A DNA stretch of 28,946 bases from a virus (Duplodnaviria; Caudoviricetes). Of the stretch, positions 1 to 8,185 are shown piece by piece. The notes under the pieces were generated by a model that saw only the letters and a list, made by a program, of their open reading frames with translations, was not told where the DNA came from and did no database searches. The stretch lies in IMG/VR virus record IMGVR_UViG_3300025614_000204, positions 1 through 28,946 of that record; one strand, written 5' to 3'. A program made the translations under genes and the position numbers. Each line of letters begins with the position of its first letter. Position 1 is the stretch's first letter.

Positions 1-439
1 TTACGTCCAATTCAGCAACTTCAAGAGATGCATCAACAGTTACTTTAGATGCTTCAGATACTTGACCTAATGTAATACCAGCACCTGCAATCGAAGTAGA
101 TACTTCAAATTGATTAGTTACAGCAGATTTCTTTTGCATTAAACCAGAACCGTTTTGGTTCTTGTAGTTACCTGCTTTAAGTGCGATGCCTTCAATAGCA
201 GTTTCAACAAATACTTGAGTTGCTGTTACAGCAGAACCACCTGTAAGGTTTTCCATAGTCATAGTAACCTTAGCACCGTCAGTGGAACCAACTAATGTTA
301 AGTCTAGGTCTTGTGCGTAAGATGCTGCACCAGGATTACCGTCTGTGAATGTACCTTCATAATCTCCTAAAATTGAAACGTCAGCATTAGCAGTTAAAGT
401 TGTAGCAACAAGTGTTGCAAGTAAAAATTTATTGTTCAT
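1..439 (-). CDS. Porin-like / outer-membrane beta-strand protein with signal peptide (3' end runs off window; not in ORF track)
   Basis: Hand translation from ATG at 439 (AGGA SD upstream): MNNKFLLATLVATTLTANA|DVSILGDYEGTFTDGNPGAASYAQDLDLTLVGSTDGAKVTMTMENLTGGSAVTATQVFVETAIEGIALKAGNYK..., open to the edge. Sec signal with ANA cleavage site, then alternating amphipathic beta strands. Confidence 0.7.
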   Translation of the reverse strand, partial: MNNKFLLATLVATTLTANADVSILGDYEGTFTDGNPGAASYAQDLDLTLVGSTDGAKVTMTMENLTGGSAVTATQVFVETAIEGIALKAGNYKNQNGSGLMQKKSAVTNQFEVSTSIAGAGITLGQVSEASKVTVDASLEVAELDV

Positions 440-467
440 AATAGTCTTTCCTAATAATTAAAATATG

Positions 468-487
468 GATGGTTAATATTAACCATC
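468..487. promoter_or_regulatory. Perfect 20-bp palindrome GATGGTTAATATTAACCATC upstream of porin-like gene
   Basis: Directly visible self-complementary sequence; role (operator or mRNA hairpin) is inferred. Confidence 0.55.
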
Positions 488-508
488 ACTAATATATATA
501 CGTGGCGA

Positions 509-546
509 GTAGTAAAAATAAAACTATTCCGTAGTAAAAATACTAC
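509..546. repeat. Direct repeat GTAGTAAAAATA x2 (509-520, 531-542); second copy is part of inverted repeat GTAGTA-N4-TACTAC
   Basis: Seen in sequence; copies start 22 bp apart. Confidence 0.55.
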
Positions 547-570
547 TTAACTTTTCATACATATACCTAT

Positions 571-600
571 ATTATACTATACTAATGGTCAAAAGTAAAG
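571..600 (-). promoter_or_regulatory. Sigma70-type phage early promoter
   Basis: Minus strand CTTTACTTTTGACCATTAGTATAGTATAAT: TTTACT-N17-TATAAT; one of six equally spaced copies. Confidence 0.85.
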
Positions 601-603
601 TAT

Positions 604-1632
604 TTATTGTCTATTTTCGATTATTTGATTCAATTCGTCAATTTCCACCTTATTTAACCTAGTTTCAATCAAACCAACCTCAAACACATCTTCACCCAAA
701 GACTCAAGTAATGATATAATTTTCTGGGCACTGTTACGTTCAACAACTAATACCATACCGATACCGTCATTAAATACTCGGTGCATTTCCTCATCTCTAA
801 TATTACCTGCTTTTTGTATCCAATTAAATTCTTCTTGTCGAAACGACTTATTGTTGTTATTCCATTTTGGTTTTAGGTTAATATCACCAAGCAGTCGGTT
901 GACGTTATATCGACCACCACCAGTAATATGAGAGATGCCGTGGACATCGTCTCTATAATATTCTAAAACCTTTAAGATACTATTTACATAAATCCTAGTC
1001 GGTTTAAGCAAATCGGCAAATAACCCCTTTGGGATAGATTCAGGGTCGTTTTCTAATGCGTGAGAAACAACCTGACGAATTAAAGTATAACCATTTGAGT
1101 GAAATCCGTTTGATTTTAAACCTAACATAACATCACCAACATCAATACCACTGCCGTCAATAAACCTGTCCTTAGGACAAGCTCCAACACCAAATCCAGC
1201 AACGTCAAACTCTCCTTCCTTATACATATCACCCATGATGGCAGTCTCTCCACCAATCAAAGGAATACCATCGCCACACTGTGCTAGACCCTCATTAATA
1301 CCATCAATCAGTCCCATTGCATCTATCGAATCAATCGTATTGACTGATAAATAATCGTTGAAGAATATGGGTTTAGCGCCCGTACAAACAAGGTCATTGA
1401 CCACCATAGCGACCAAGTCAATACCAAGGTTTTTAATATCAACACCTTCTTCCTTCTGTGCCTGAGTGTACATTTTTACCTTAGTCCCCACTCCATCAGT
1501 AGATGATACAAGGTAATCATCACCAATATCAAATGCTCCACCAAAACCACCTAACCAAGGCATTTTTTGCCCCAACTTAGCATTAAACATATCCTGTTCG
1601 TGTAAGTCTACACCACTGTCTTTATAATTCAT
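604..1632 (-). CDS. purM: Phosphoribosylformylglycinamidine cyclo-ligase (AIR synthetase)
   Basis: YKDSGVD, STDGVGTK, GIDLVAMVVND, GGETA, SNGFHSNGYTL, HITGGG, FNDGIGM motifs. Start moved to 1632 because it overlaps the upstream stop (ATGA). Confidence 0.95.
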   Translation of the reverse strand: MNYKDSGVDLHEQDMFNAKLGQKMPWLGGFGGAFDIGDDYLVSSTDGVGTKVKMYTQAQKEEGVDIKNLGIDLVAMVVNDLVCTGAKPIFFNDYLSVNTIDSIDAMGLIDGINEGLAQCGDGIPLIGGETAIMGDMYKEGEFDVAGFGVGACPKDRFIDGSGIDVGDVMLGLKSNGFHSNGYTLIRQVVSHALENDPESIPKGLFADLLKPTRIYVNSILKVLEYYRDDVHGISHITGGGRYNVNRLLGDINLKPKWNNNNKSFRQEEFNWIQKAGNIRDEEMHRVFNDGIGMVLVVERNSAQKIISLLESLGEDVFEVGLIETRLNKVEIDELNQIIENRQ

Positions 1633-1760
1633 TTGTTTGCCATCCCACAACCAATATATTCATTAGATGCTTTATCATACCCTCGTTTATATGCAATTTC
1701 TATCATTTGAGCAAGTGATTTGCCTTCACGTACTAATTTATATAATTCTTCGTTTGTCAT
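1629..1760 (-). CDS. Small hypothetical protein, 43 aa (not in ORF track)
   Basis: MTNEELYKLVREGKSLAQMIEIAYKRGYDKASNEYIGCGMANK; ATGA overlaps with both ligase stop and purM start. Confidence 0.65.
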   Translation of the reverse strand: MTNEELYKLVREGKSLAQMIEIAYKRGYDKASNEYIGCGMANK

Positions 1761-3100
1761 AATATATCTGCCTTTGATTTGTCTAATCTAGTTTCTATGT
1801 AAATAGGTAAGAATAATGACTTAGTTGATTTGCGTTTGTCTTGAATAACTTCGTTATATTTAACCGTTATAATCTTACCAACGATATCCTCAGCAACCAT
1901 CTCACGGTCTTCGTCATTGAATCCCGAACCTACGTTTACTTCAAGTCCACCGTCAGCACTAACGCAAGTAACAGAACCCATCTTACCTTCAATACGTCCC
2001 GTGCCTTCATTCCAAGCAGTTACTAATAAGTCTGCTTCAAGTTCTGCTTTCATCTTCACTTGATATTTAGAACGTTTATCTTCCCACGGTGAGTCACCAT
2101 TCTTAAGAATAATACCCTCTTCACCATTATCTAGTGCTTGTTTAAATAACTCATTTGCTTGTTCAATGTTATCAACAGGAATAGATGCAATTGGTCTAAT
2201 ATATTCAATAGGGTGACTATTTGAAACTTCTTCCATACGCACTTGAAGTACACCGATTCTATCAAAATACGGTATGTTACAAATACCTGTCTTAAAGTCT
2301 TCAATTGGGATTAAGTCCCACGCTACCATTCTAACACGTTTAGCGTCTTCCTTTGTAATAGTTCCCTTTACTGCTTTATTAAGAATCCCGTTGCCAGTCT
2401 TACGGTCAAGGATTGTTACCATATCTTCAGCAAGAACAACCAACTCACCATCAACGACCGAACCTCTAAAGGGATCTAACGACTCAAGTGTTGGTTTGGT
2501 ATAAAATATCTCTTTCATATAGTCGTCAAGTAAACCATGTAATTCAATTTGCTTACCGTTTCTGCTACGAATATCAACAGTTCCTTCTGGAGTAATAATG
2601 ATGTTGGAGCGCATACCGTCCATCTTTAATTGTACCATAGCAGGATATTTGATATGTTTGAAGTTCTTTTGATTGTAAGCACCGGCGAGCATACAAGGAT
2701 ATGTTGAAATTGTACCTTTACCATATACTTTATTTACAGTTGACGTAGATACACCACACCTCAAATCACCACCAATGACACGTTCAATAACCTCAGCATC
2801 ACCTGCTGTTAGGTTTTCAAGAATATCAACGAGGTGTTGTTTTGCGTTGTTACCCGTCAGTTCTCTCGAGGATAACTTATCAAGGTTGTCTAGTGCCCAA
2901 TCTAATGGGTTTCTAAACTCTTTATCACCACGGTCGTAGTCAGGAATCTTCCTAATATAGTATTGTGTGTATGGGTCTAAAGTTGCCTTTAGTACACGTT
3001 CAAGTAGTTTGTTATCAAGGTTTTGTTCTAATACATCTACCTTAAATAGACGACTATTATCACTCTCTAACTCATTTAATATCTCAATTACACTTTTCAT
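1757..3100 (-). CDS. 30: ATP-dependent DNA ligase (T4 gp30-like)
   Basis: Motif I KMDGMR, III VDGEL, IV EGIILK, KRS..KMK, OB-fold VGSGF, LFLPIY..RLDK. Confidence 0.95.
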   Translation of the reverse strand: MKSVIEILNELESDNSRLFKVDVLEQNLDNKLLERVLKATLDPYTQYYIRKIPDYDRGDKEFRNPLDWALDNLDKLSSRELTGNNAKQHLVDILENLTAGDAEVIERVIGGDLRCGVSTSTVNKVYGKGTISTYPCMLAGAYNQKNFKHIKYPAMVQLKMDGMRSNIIITPEGTVDIRSRNGKQIELHGLLDDYMKEIFYTKPTLESLDPFRGSVVDGELVVLAEDMVTILDRKTGNGILNKAVKGTITKEDAKRVRMVAWDLIPIEDFKTGICNIPYFDRIGVLQVRMEEVSNSHPIEYIRPIASIPVDNIEQANELFKQALDNGEEGIILKNGDSPWEDKRSKYQVKMKAELEADLLVTAWNEGTGRIEGKMGSVTCVSADGGLEVNVGSGFNDEDREMVAEDIVGKIITVKYNEVIQDKRKSTKSLFLPIYIETRLDKSKADIL

Positions 3101-3131
3101 ATCACTCTTTTTTCAATCATTTATAGTACCT

Positions 3132-3161
3132 ATTATACCCTAGTTTGTCCTAAAAGTAAAG
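3132..3161 (-). promoter_or_regulatory. Sigma70-type phage early promoter upstream of ligase
   Basis: CTTTACTTTTAGGACAAACTAGGGTATAAT. Confidence 0.85.
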
Positions 3162-3171
3162 CGATATTTGA

Positions 3172-4020
3172 TTAAAAGTCTCCAATTACATCCATTAAGT
3201 TCTGTAACTTATTCATCACGAAGTAGTTATATAACTTCTTACGTTGTCCAATAGGTTCTTTCTTAAATGCATTTAAAATATCATTCTGCAGTAACTGAGG
3301 CACTTCATCAAATTGAGTCAGTAACGAATTGCGTTGCCATCTTTCCATCATTTCTTCATTACCTTCGCAAATCTGTTCTGGGGTTTGAGTCAACCAAACG
3401 TCTAACTTCTTCTTAGCAATTGACGTTTGTCTAATACCTTCTATAAGGAAGTCGTCACCAGATAAGAAATTAGGAATACCATCACCACGGTCACCACGGA
3501 TAATATGTTCTTTAGCGTATGCGATTGGGTCTGGGTGTCTTACCCACTTGCGTTGCATAGGAGAATACTGCTTAACATTCTTGTACTTATGCAGTTGAAT
3601 AAAATCCTTATCGCTTGAAAGGATTAATACTTTTTCTTCCATGTGCTTATATTTTGATAATACACCGATAACATCATCTGCTTCAGCTGCCATTACCTCA
3701 ATCACCTTATATGGGAAGTTTTCTTTTAGTTCTGCCTTGATATTATCAAACCATCCGAATAGGATTTCCCAATCAAATGCCGACTTATCTCGACCACTCT
3801 TACGAGCATGTTTGTAATTAGGAAATACGTCTCGTCTCCAATAATGACGTGAATCAATACATAGTATCAGTTCACCATACGTCTTACCATACTGTTTACG
3901 ATAACTTCTTAATGTGTTAAGAATCATATGACGAAGCAAATCTTCACTTACATCGTTCATTGACTTTGCTTGTGACATCAATCCACCCACCATAACTTGG
4001 CTGTAGTCCACGAGTATCAC
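3172..4020 (-). CDS. rnh: T4-type RNase H (5'-3' exonuclease, FEN family)
   Basis: MILVDYSQ, YWRRDVFPNYK..R, EADDVIG, SSDKDFIQL, GDRGDGIPN. Confidence 0.93.
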   Translation of the reverse strand: MILVDYSQVMVGGLMSQAKSMNDVSEDLLRHMILNTLRSYRKQYGKTYGELILCIDSRHYWRRDVFPNYKHARKSGRDKSAFDWEILFGWFDNIKAELKENFPYKVIEVMAAEADDVIGVLSKYKHMEEKVLILSSDKDFIQLHKYKNVKQYSPMQRKWVRHPDPIAYAKEHIIRGDRGDGIPNFLSGDDFLIEGIRQTSIAKKKLDVWLTQTPEQICEGNEEMMERWQRNSLLTQFDEVPQLLQNDILNAFKKEPIGQRKKLYNYFVMNKLQNLMDVIGDF

Positions 4021-4226
4021 GCCATTACCTCAAATATAAACTTTTTAAATTCTTCCATATCCCTCACCTTCACATCCTTAATTTCAAGGTCAACGTCACC
4101 CATTGTAAACAACAACGTACCTATTTCTAAATCAAACCCTTCAGCAGGTTTAATCTTTTTCACTATTGGTTTCTTTTTCTGTTCTACCTGTTTATTTCCA
4201 ACAGGCATCTCATCCATAAATTCCAT
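4017..4226 (-). CDS. Hypothetical protein, 69 aa
   Basis: Fills the gap between gp52 and rnh with abutting/overlapping ends. Confidence 0.7.
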   Translation of the reverse strand: MEFMDEMPVGNKQVEQKKKPIVKKIKPAEGFDLEIGTLLFTMGDVDLEIKDVKVRDMEEFKKFIFEVMA

Positions 4227-5522
4227 TTAAATCACCTTTAATTCCTTAATAAATTGGTCAGTCACGTCAATCGATTTCCAACCTTTAATTTGTTCATATA
4301 ATTCAGCACCCTTGTCTTTCAACTTATCAAGTTCATCTTGACATAATGAATAGATAGGCATGTTGATTAATATAGCAATAATCTCTTCTGAGTCGTCAGT
4401 AGTATCACTTAACTCTTTAAAGATTTGTTTTCTGTTCTTATTATTAAAGTCCAATTCACCACTGATAATCTTACCGATGAAACAAATCTTTGCTAGAATG
4501 AGTTCTAGGTCTTCAGTACCTTTATCAACCAACCACTCATAACGTTCTACATACTTAGTGATTCTATAATCACAAAAGCCTTTAACAATGTCAATGGTAT
4601 TATCATATACCTTTAACTGTCCTTCTTGGTTGATAACCGTTAGATTTTGGTTTAGTTTCTTCTTTAATCTAAACATAGTAATGATTTGATTATCAGTCAA
4701 AGTCTTACCACGTCTTAATGTTATGTCAAACTTAAAACCAGAAGCATCACACATATCCACATACGATACGATTTTACTTTCAGACTCTAGTTTATCAAGT
4801 AGGATAACATACGACTCACGAGTGAACCCAACAGGAACTTCAGTAATGTTTAACTTTGTAGAACCCTTTAGTTTATATACTCCTGTACAAAACACTTCAC
4901 CATTTACTTCTTCAATCTTCCCATTGAATCCAGGATAGGTAGGAAGTAGTTTCTTTTTAGATATGTTTTTACCACTCAAATGAGCACTACATAACTTAGC
5001 AAGTTCTTTGGGGTCATGAGGCTGTATCTCGGTTGCGAATCCGACCGCTATGCCCTTAATACCATTCACTAATACCCAAGGGATGATTGGCAAATAAAAC
5101 GCCGGCTCGGGGTCTTCTGGGTCTACAGAAGTCTCTGTGACCATAGTATCAGCAAAATACTGTTCAAAGTTCGTATGAGTCTGAACATATGTATAACGTG
5201 CCGCTGCAGCCTCAGGAACTAATCTAGAACCAAAAGAACCATGACCGCGTAGCAACGGAACGTTATTAACAAACGGTTGTACCATCTTAGTAATTGCTTC
5301 ATTTAACGAAGCATCACCATGGTGATAGTTTGCCTGACTAATAACATTACCACTTAACGATGCTGTTTTAATTCTAGCACCTTTGGCAGTCTTTAATGCC
5401 GTGTAAAGGATCTTACGTTGAGAGGGTTTTAACCCATCAATCATATGCGGAATAGCACGACTGTATAGCACGTACTTTGCATAATCCTTATATTGTGTAT
5501 CTATTAATTGTGTTATATTCAT
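4227..5522 (-). CDS. 52: DNA topoisomerase II medium subunit (gp52, GyrA/ParC-like)
   Basis: RAIP..DGLKPSQRKIL, YHHGDASL, GSFGS, catalytic AARYT, NGIKGIAVGFAT. Start at 5522 overlaps gp39 stop (ATGA). Confidence 0.93.
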   Translation of the reverse strand: MNITQLIDTQYKDYAKYVLYSRAIPHMIDGLKPSQRKILYTALKTAKGARIKTASLSGNVISQANYHHGDASLNEAITKMVQPFVNNVPLLRGHGSFGSRLVPEAAAARYTYVQTHTNFEQYFADTMVTETSVDPEDPEPAFYLPIIPWVLVNGIKGIAVGFATEIQPHDPKELAKLCSAHLSGKNISKKKLLPTYPGFNGKIEEVNGEVFCTGVYKLKGSTKLNITEVPVGFTRESYVILLDKLESESKIVSYVDMCDASGFKFDITLRRGKTLTDNQIITMFRLKKKLNQNLTVINQEGQLKVYDNTIDIVKGFCDYRITKYVERYEWLVDKGTEDLELILAKICFIGKIISGELDFNNKNRKQIFKELSDTTDDSEEIIAILINMPIYSLCQDELDKLKDKGAELYEQIKGWKSIDVTDQFIKELKVI

Positions 5523-7336
5523 TTCATTAACCATTTTTTACGAGGTAGAGAGTCTTTACCAAATACAGTCTCAAGACTTCTAGTCGCATCATCATCAAAT
5601 TTAATCACTTCGGTCACTGGGTCATTAATCATTAAGTCATATTCTTCAATACTCAAAGAACCCAAACCCTTATTATACTCTATTTTCCAATCAGAGTCAA
5701 GTTTTGCGTCAGAAAAATCTTTTAAGTCATAAAACCGTTTGACTTGTTTCTTTTTCTTAGCAATAACAATAGGGGACTTAATGAATAACAATCGTTCTTC
5801 ATCAAACAGTTCTTTCCAATATGAGAAGAAGTTGACTAATGCGGCTGCAATAGAGAACCCATCAAAGTCGGCGTCAGCAAGGATGCCGATTCTACCATAG
5901 TTCAAATCAGTAGCAGTTTCACCAAGTTCTAAACCAAGAATACTCATCAACTCAGACAATTCTTTGTTCTTCATAATATCAGTTGGTTTGATTTGTCGAA
6001 CGTTTTTGACTTTACCTCTTAAAGGATAACCTCCATGAATAGCAGTTTGTCTAACGTTAATCAAGTTACTGATAGCAGATTGACCCTCAGTGATAAATAA
6101 AATTTTATCTTCTGGGTTCTTACCAATAGCAGAGATGTGATTGGCGACTTTCTTTTTCTTAGCATTCTTTTGTGCTTTACGTAATGCTCGTGCTTCAGCA
6201 AGTTGTTTCTTTAATAACAATGCTTCAATGATGGGTTGAATAACCTCTTCATTTTTCATAATACGAGCAATAAACTTCTCGTCGTCAACACCAGCAAAGA
6301 TAGGTTTAATGTCCTTATCGTTGTTAGTTAATCGTTCTTTGGTTTGAGAATCAAACTTAGGATCTGATACTTTATTCGTTACGATAACAAATAACAATTT
6401 GTTCTTAATGTCCGGAATACGTATGTCTAATCTATGCTTACGTTTGATTGAATCTCTCAATGCAGAAGCAATAGATAATGATACAACATCACAATGAACA
6501 CCACCACCAAACGTGTCAATACCGTTTACGAATGAGATAAAGTTGCCGTCATCACTCGGTAGCACTGCCACAGAATAGTCGTTAGTTTCGTGTGCTACGA
6601 AGTCTGTACCAATCTTTGATAGATAGTCTTTAAACTTAGCACTCTTAACTAGTCGTCCGTTGTACTTAAATCTAATGTCTGGGAAACATACTGCTAAATC
6701 ATTAACACGTTTTTCAATCAAACTCATGTGGTCGATATCGACTGATTTCATACCCAATCGAGCAAAGTCCGCATAATACGATACAGACGTTCCTTTAATA
6801 CCTTTCGTCTTAGTAATTTCAACATCAACTTCAGACATATTATTCTTACATTCTAGTCTGAAATGTTTCTTACCATCGTCAGTATGAGCGATAAACTTCT
6901 TACTTAATATGTTTACTAATGTTGAACCAAGTCCATGAGTACCAATAGAAACGTTGCCCACGCCATCATCAAAATTCGCTCCTGCACGTAAGTTCGTGAA
7001 AGCAAGTTCTGCTTGCGTTTTCCCACCTTCCGTCTCGACAATAGGAATTCCACGTCCGTTGTCCTCAATTGTAATTTTTCCATTATCTTCAACCCTCACC
7101 TTGATTTCATTAGCAAATTTAAAGCCCGTACGAAATCCTTCATCAATACAGTTACTGATGATTTCATCAAATAACTTGAGGAAGGCAGGTACAACTTTAA
7201 CCTTTTTCTTTATAATTTGGTCATCGTCCATCACCCACTTCATGTGAGTACCAGATGTAGTATCACCAACATACATTCCAGGACGGTGAAGGACATGCTC
7301 TATTTCAGATAGAACTTTGACATCATTCTTACGCAT
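5519..7336 (-). CDS. 39: DNA topoisomerase II large subunit (gp39+gp60 as one ORF, GyrB/ParE-like)
   Basis: EHVLHRPGMYVG, DEIISNCID, DNGRGIP GHKL motifs; TOPRIM EGQSA, PLRGK, DADFDG; KGLGS. Confidence 0.94.
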   Translation of the reverse strand: MRKNDVKVLSEIEHVLHRPGMYVGDTTSGTHMKWVMDDDQIIKKKVKVVPAFLKLFDEIISNCIDEGFRTGFKFANEIKVRVEDNGKITIEDNGRGIPIVETEGGKTQAELAFTNLRAGANFDDGVGNVSIGTHGLGSTLVNILSKKFIAHTDDGKKHFRLECKNNMSEVDVEITKTKGIKGTSVSYYADFARLGMKSVDIDHMSLIEKRVNDLAVCFPDIRFKYNGRLVKSAKFKDYLSKIGTDFVAHETNDYSVAVLPSDDGNFISFVNGIDTFGGGVHCDVVSLSIASALRDSIKRKHRLDIRIPDIKNKLLFVIVTNKVSDPKFDSQTKERLTNNDKDIKPIFAGVDDEKFIARIMKNEEVIQPIIEALLLKKQLAEARALRKAQKNAKKKKVANHISAIGKNPEDKILFITEGQSAISNLINVRQTAIHGGYPLRGKVKNVRQIKPTDIMKNKELSELMSILGLELGETATDLNYGRIGILADADFDGFSIAAALVNFFSYWKELFDEERLLFIKSPIVIAKKKKQVKRFYDLKDFSDAKLDSDWKIEYNKGLGSLSIEEYDLMINDPVTEVIKFDDDATRSLETVFGKDSLPRKKWLMK

Positions 7337-7631
7337 TAATTAATCTACCTGAAGATGCAGTTGGAGTTTCAAATGAAGTCACAGAATCAATTCGGAACGA
7401 ACGGAATCCTTGTGCTTCTACATCAAAACAAGCAATTACTTCTTCGTTGACTTTCTTAGGGGCTTTAGTTGTTTTAGATTTGTCTGCTTCAGCAAACACG
7501 GGAAGTTCGGTAGACATCAACGTGCCTTTCATAACACGTTCAGTACCATCTTTCTTTGTAAAGGTGATTGTTGCGATATCGTTTCTTAACGCTTCAATAA
7601 CATTTTCTCTTACTACACTCAATTCACTCAT
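7329..7631 (-). CDS. Sm-like/SH3 beta-barrel protein (WYL_2/DUF2693-like)
   Basis: ITFTKKDGTERVMKGTL ... FDVEAQGFRSFRIDSV pattern; AAGGAG SD. Confidence 0.75.
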   Translation of the reverse strand: MSELSVVRENVIEALRNDIATITFTKKDGTERVMKGTLMSTELPVFAEADKSKTTKAPKKVNEEVIACFDVEAQGFRSFRIDSVTSFETPTASSGRLINA

Positions 7632-7664
7632 AATATAACTCCTTTTTTATTTAATATACTACGT

Positions 7665-7694
7665 ATTATACCCCACTTCAAAGGAAAAGTAAAG
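7665..7694 (-). promoter_or_regulatory. Sigma70-type phage early promoter upstream of topoisomerase operon
   Basis: CTTTACTTTTCCTTTGAAGTGGGGTATAAT. Confidence 0.85.
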
Positions 7695-7719
7695 CGATAT
7701 TATGACTTTATACCCCCTT

Positions 7720-7899
7720 TTATTTTAAGGTTTCTTTTAGTTTGAGCAATTCTTTCATTTCATCACTCATACCAGCACCACCAGTTGCTGACGTTTCTAC
7801 GTTATTTCCAACAACCACTCGGTTGTCATCTAATACATCATTGCCGTGGCAATCACACGTTTCATCACAAATTTCTTCTTTAGTATTCGTCGTCTTCAT
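7720..7899 (-). CDS. Small hypothetical protein, 59 aa (not in ORF track)
   Basis: MKTTNTKEEICDETCDCHGNDVLDDNRVVVGNNVETSATGGAGMSDEMKELLKLKETLK; fills an otherwise empty gap. Confidence 0.55.
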   Translation of the reverse strand: MKTTNTKEEICDETCDCHGNDVLDDNRVVVGNNVETSATGGAGMSDEMKELLKLKETLK

Positions 7900-8131
7900 A
7901 ATCTACTTCTAAGTCATTTATCAAATTTGCTTCATCTTCGTCATACCTACCGACAACAATTTCACCCGCCACTGGGTCTTTATATATTGCTATAATACCT
8001 TTATCGTGAAGGTCATTGATAACTACATGAACACCGACACTCAGTCCTTCTTTTTGTCCTTGCTTAAACGAAAAATAAGCAGATAAACAAATGCTCACTA
8101 CGAACCCCAATTGCCATAATTCTATGTACAT
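7880..8131 (-). CDS. Hypothetical protein with N-terminal membrane segment
   Basis: Hydrophobic LWQLGFVVSICLSAYFSF, acidic tail; AGGAG SD, own promoter. Confidence 0.75.
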   Translation of the reverse strand: MYIELWQLGFVVSICLSAYFSFKQGQKEGLSVGVHVVINDLHDKGIIAIYKDPVAGEIVVGRYDEDEANLINDLEVDYEDDEY

Positions 8132-8152
8132 AAATTCTCCTGTTAAGTTACT

Positions 8153-8182
8153 ATTATACTATAATATTGACCAAAAGTCAAG
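8153..8182 (-). promoter_or_regulatory. Sigma70-type phage early promoter
   Basis: CTTGACTTTTGGTCAATATTATAGTATAAT (TTGACT-N17-TATAAT). Confidence 0.85.
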
Positions 8183-8185
8183 TAA

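Noticed and set aside
5519-7336. T4 gene 60-style translational bypass, intron or intein in topoisomerase or other core genes
   Set aside because: gp39+60 is one continuous ORF of ordinary length; ligase, primase, helicase, UvsX and the visible gp43 show no insertions.
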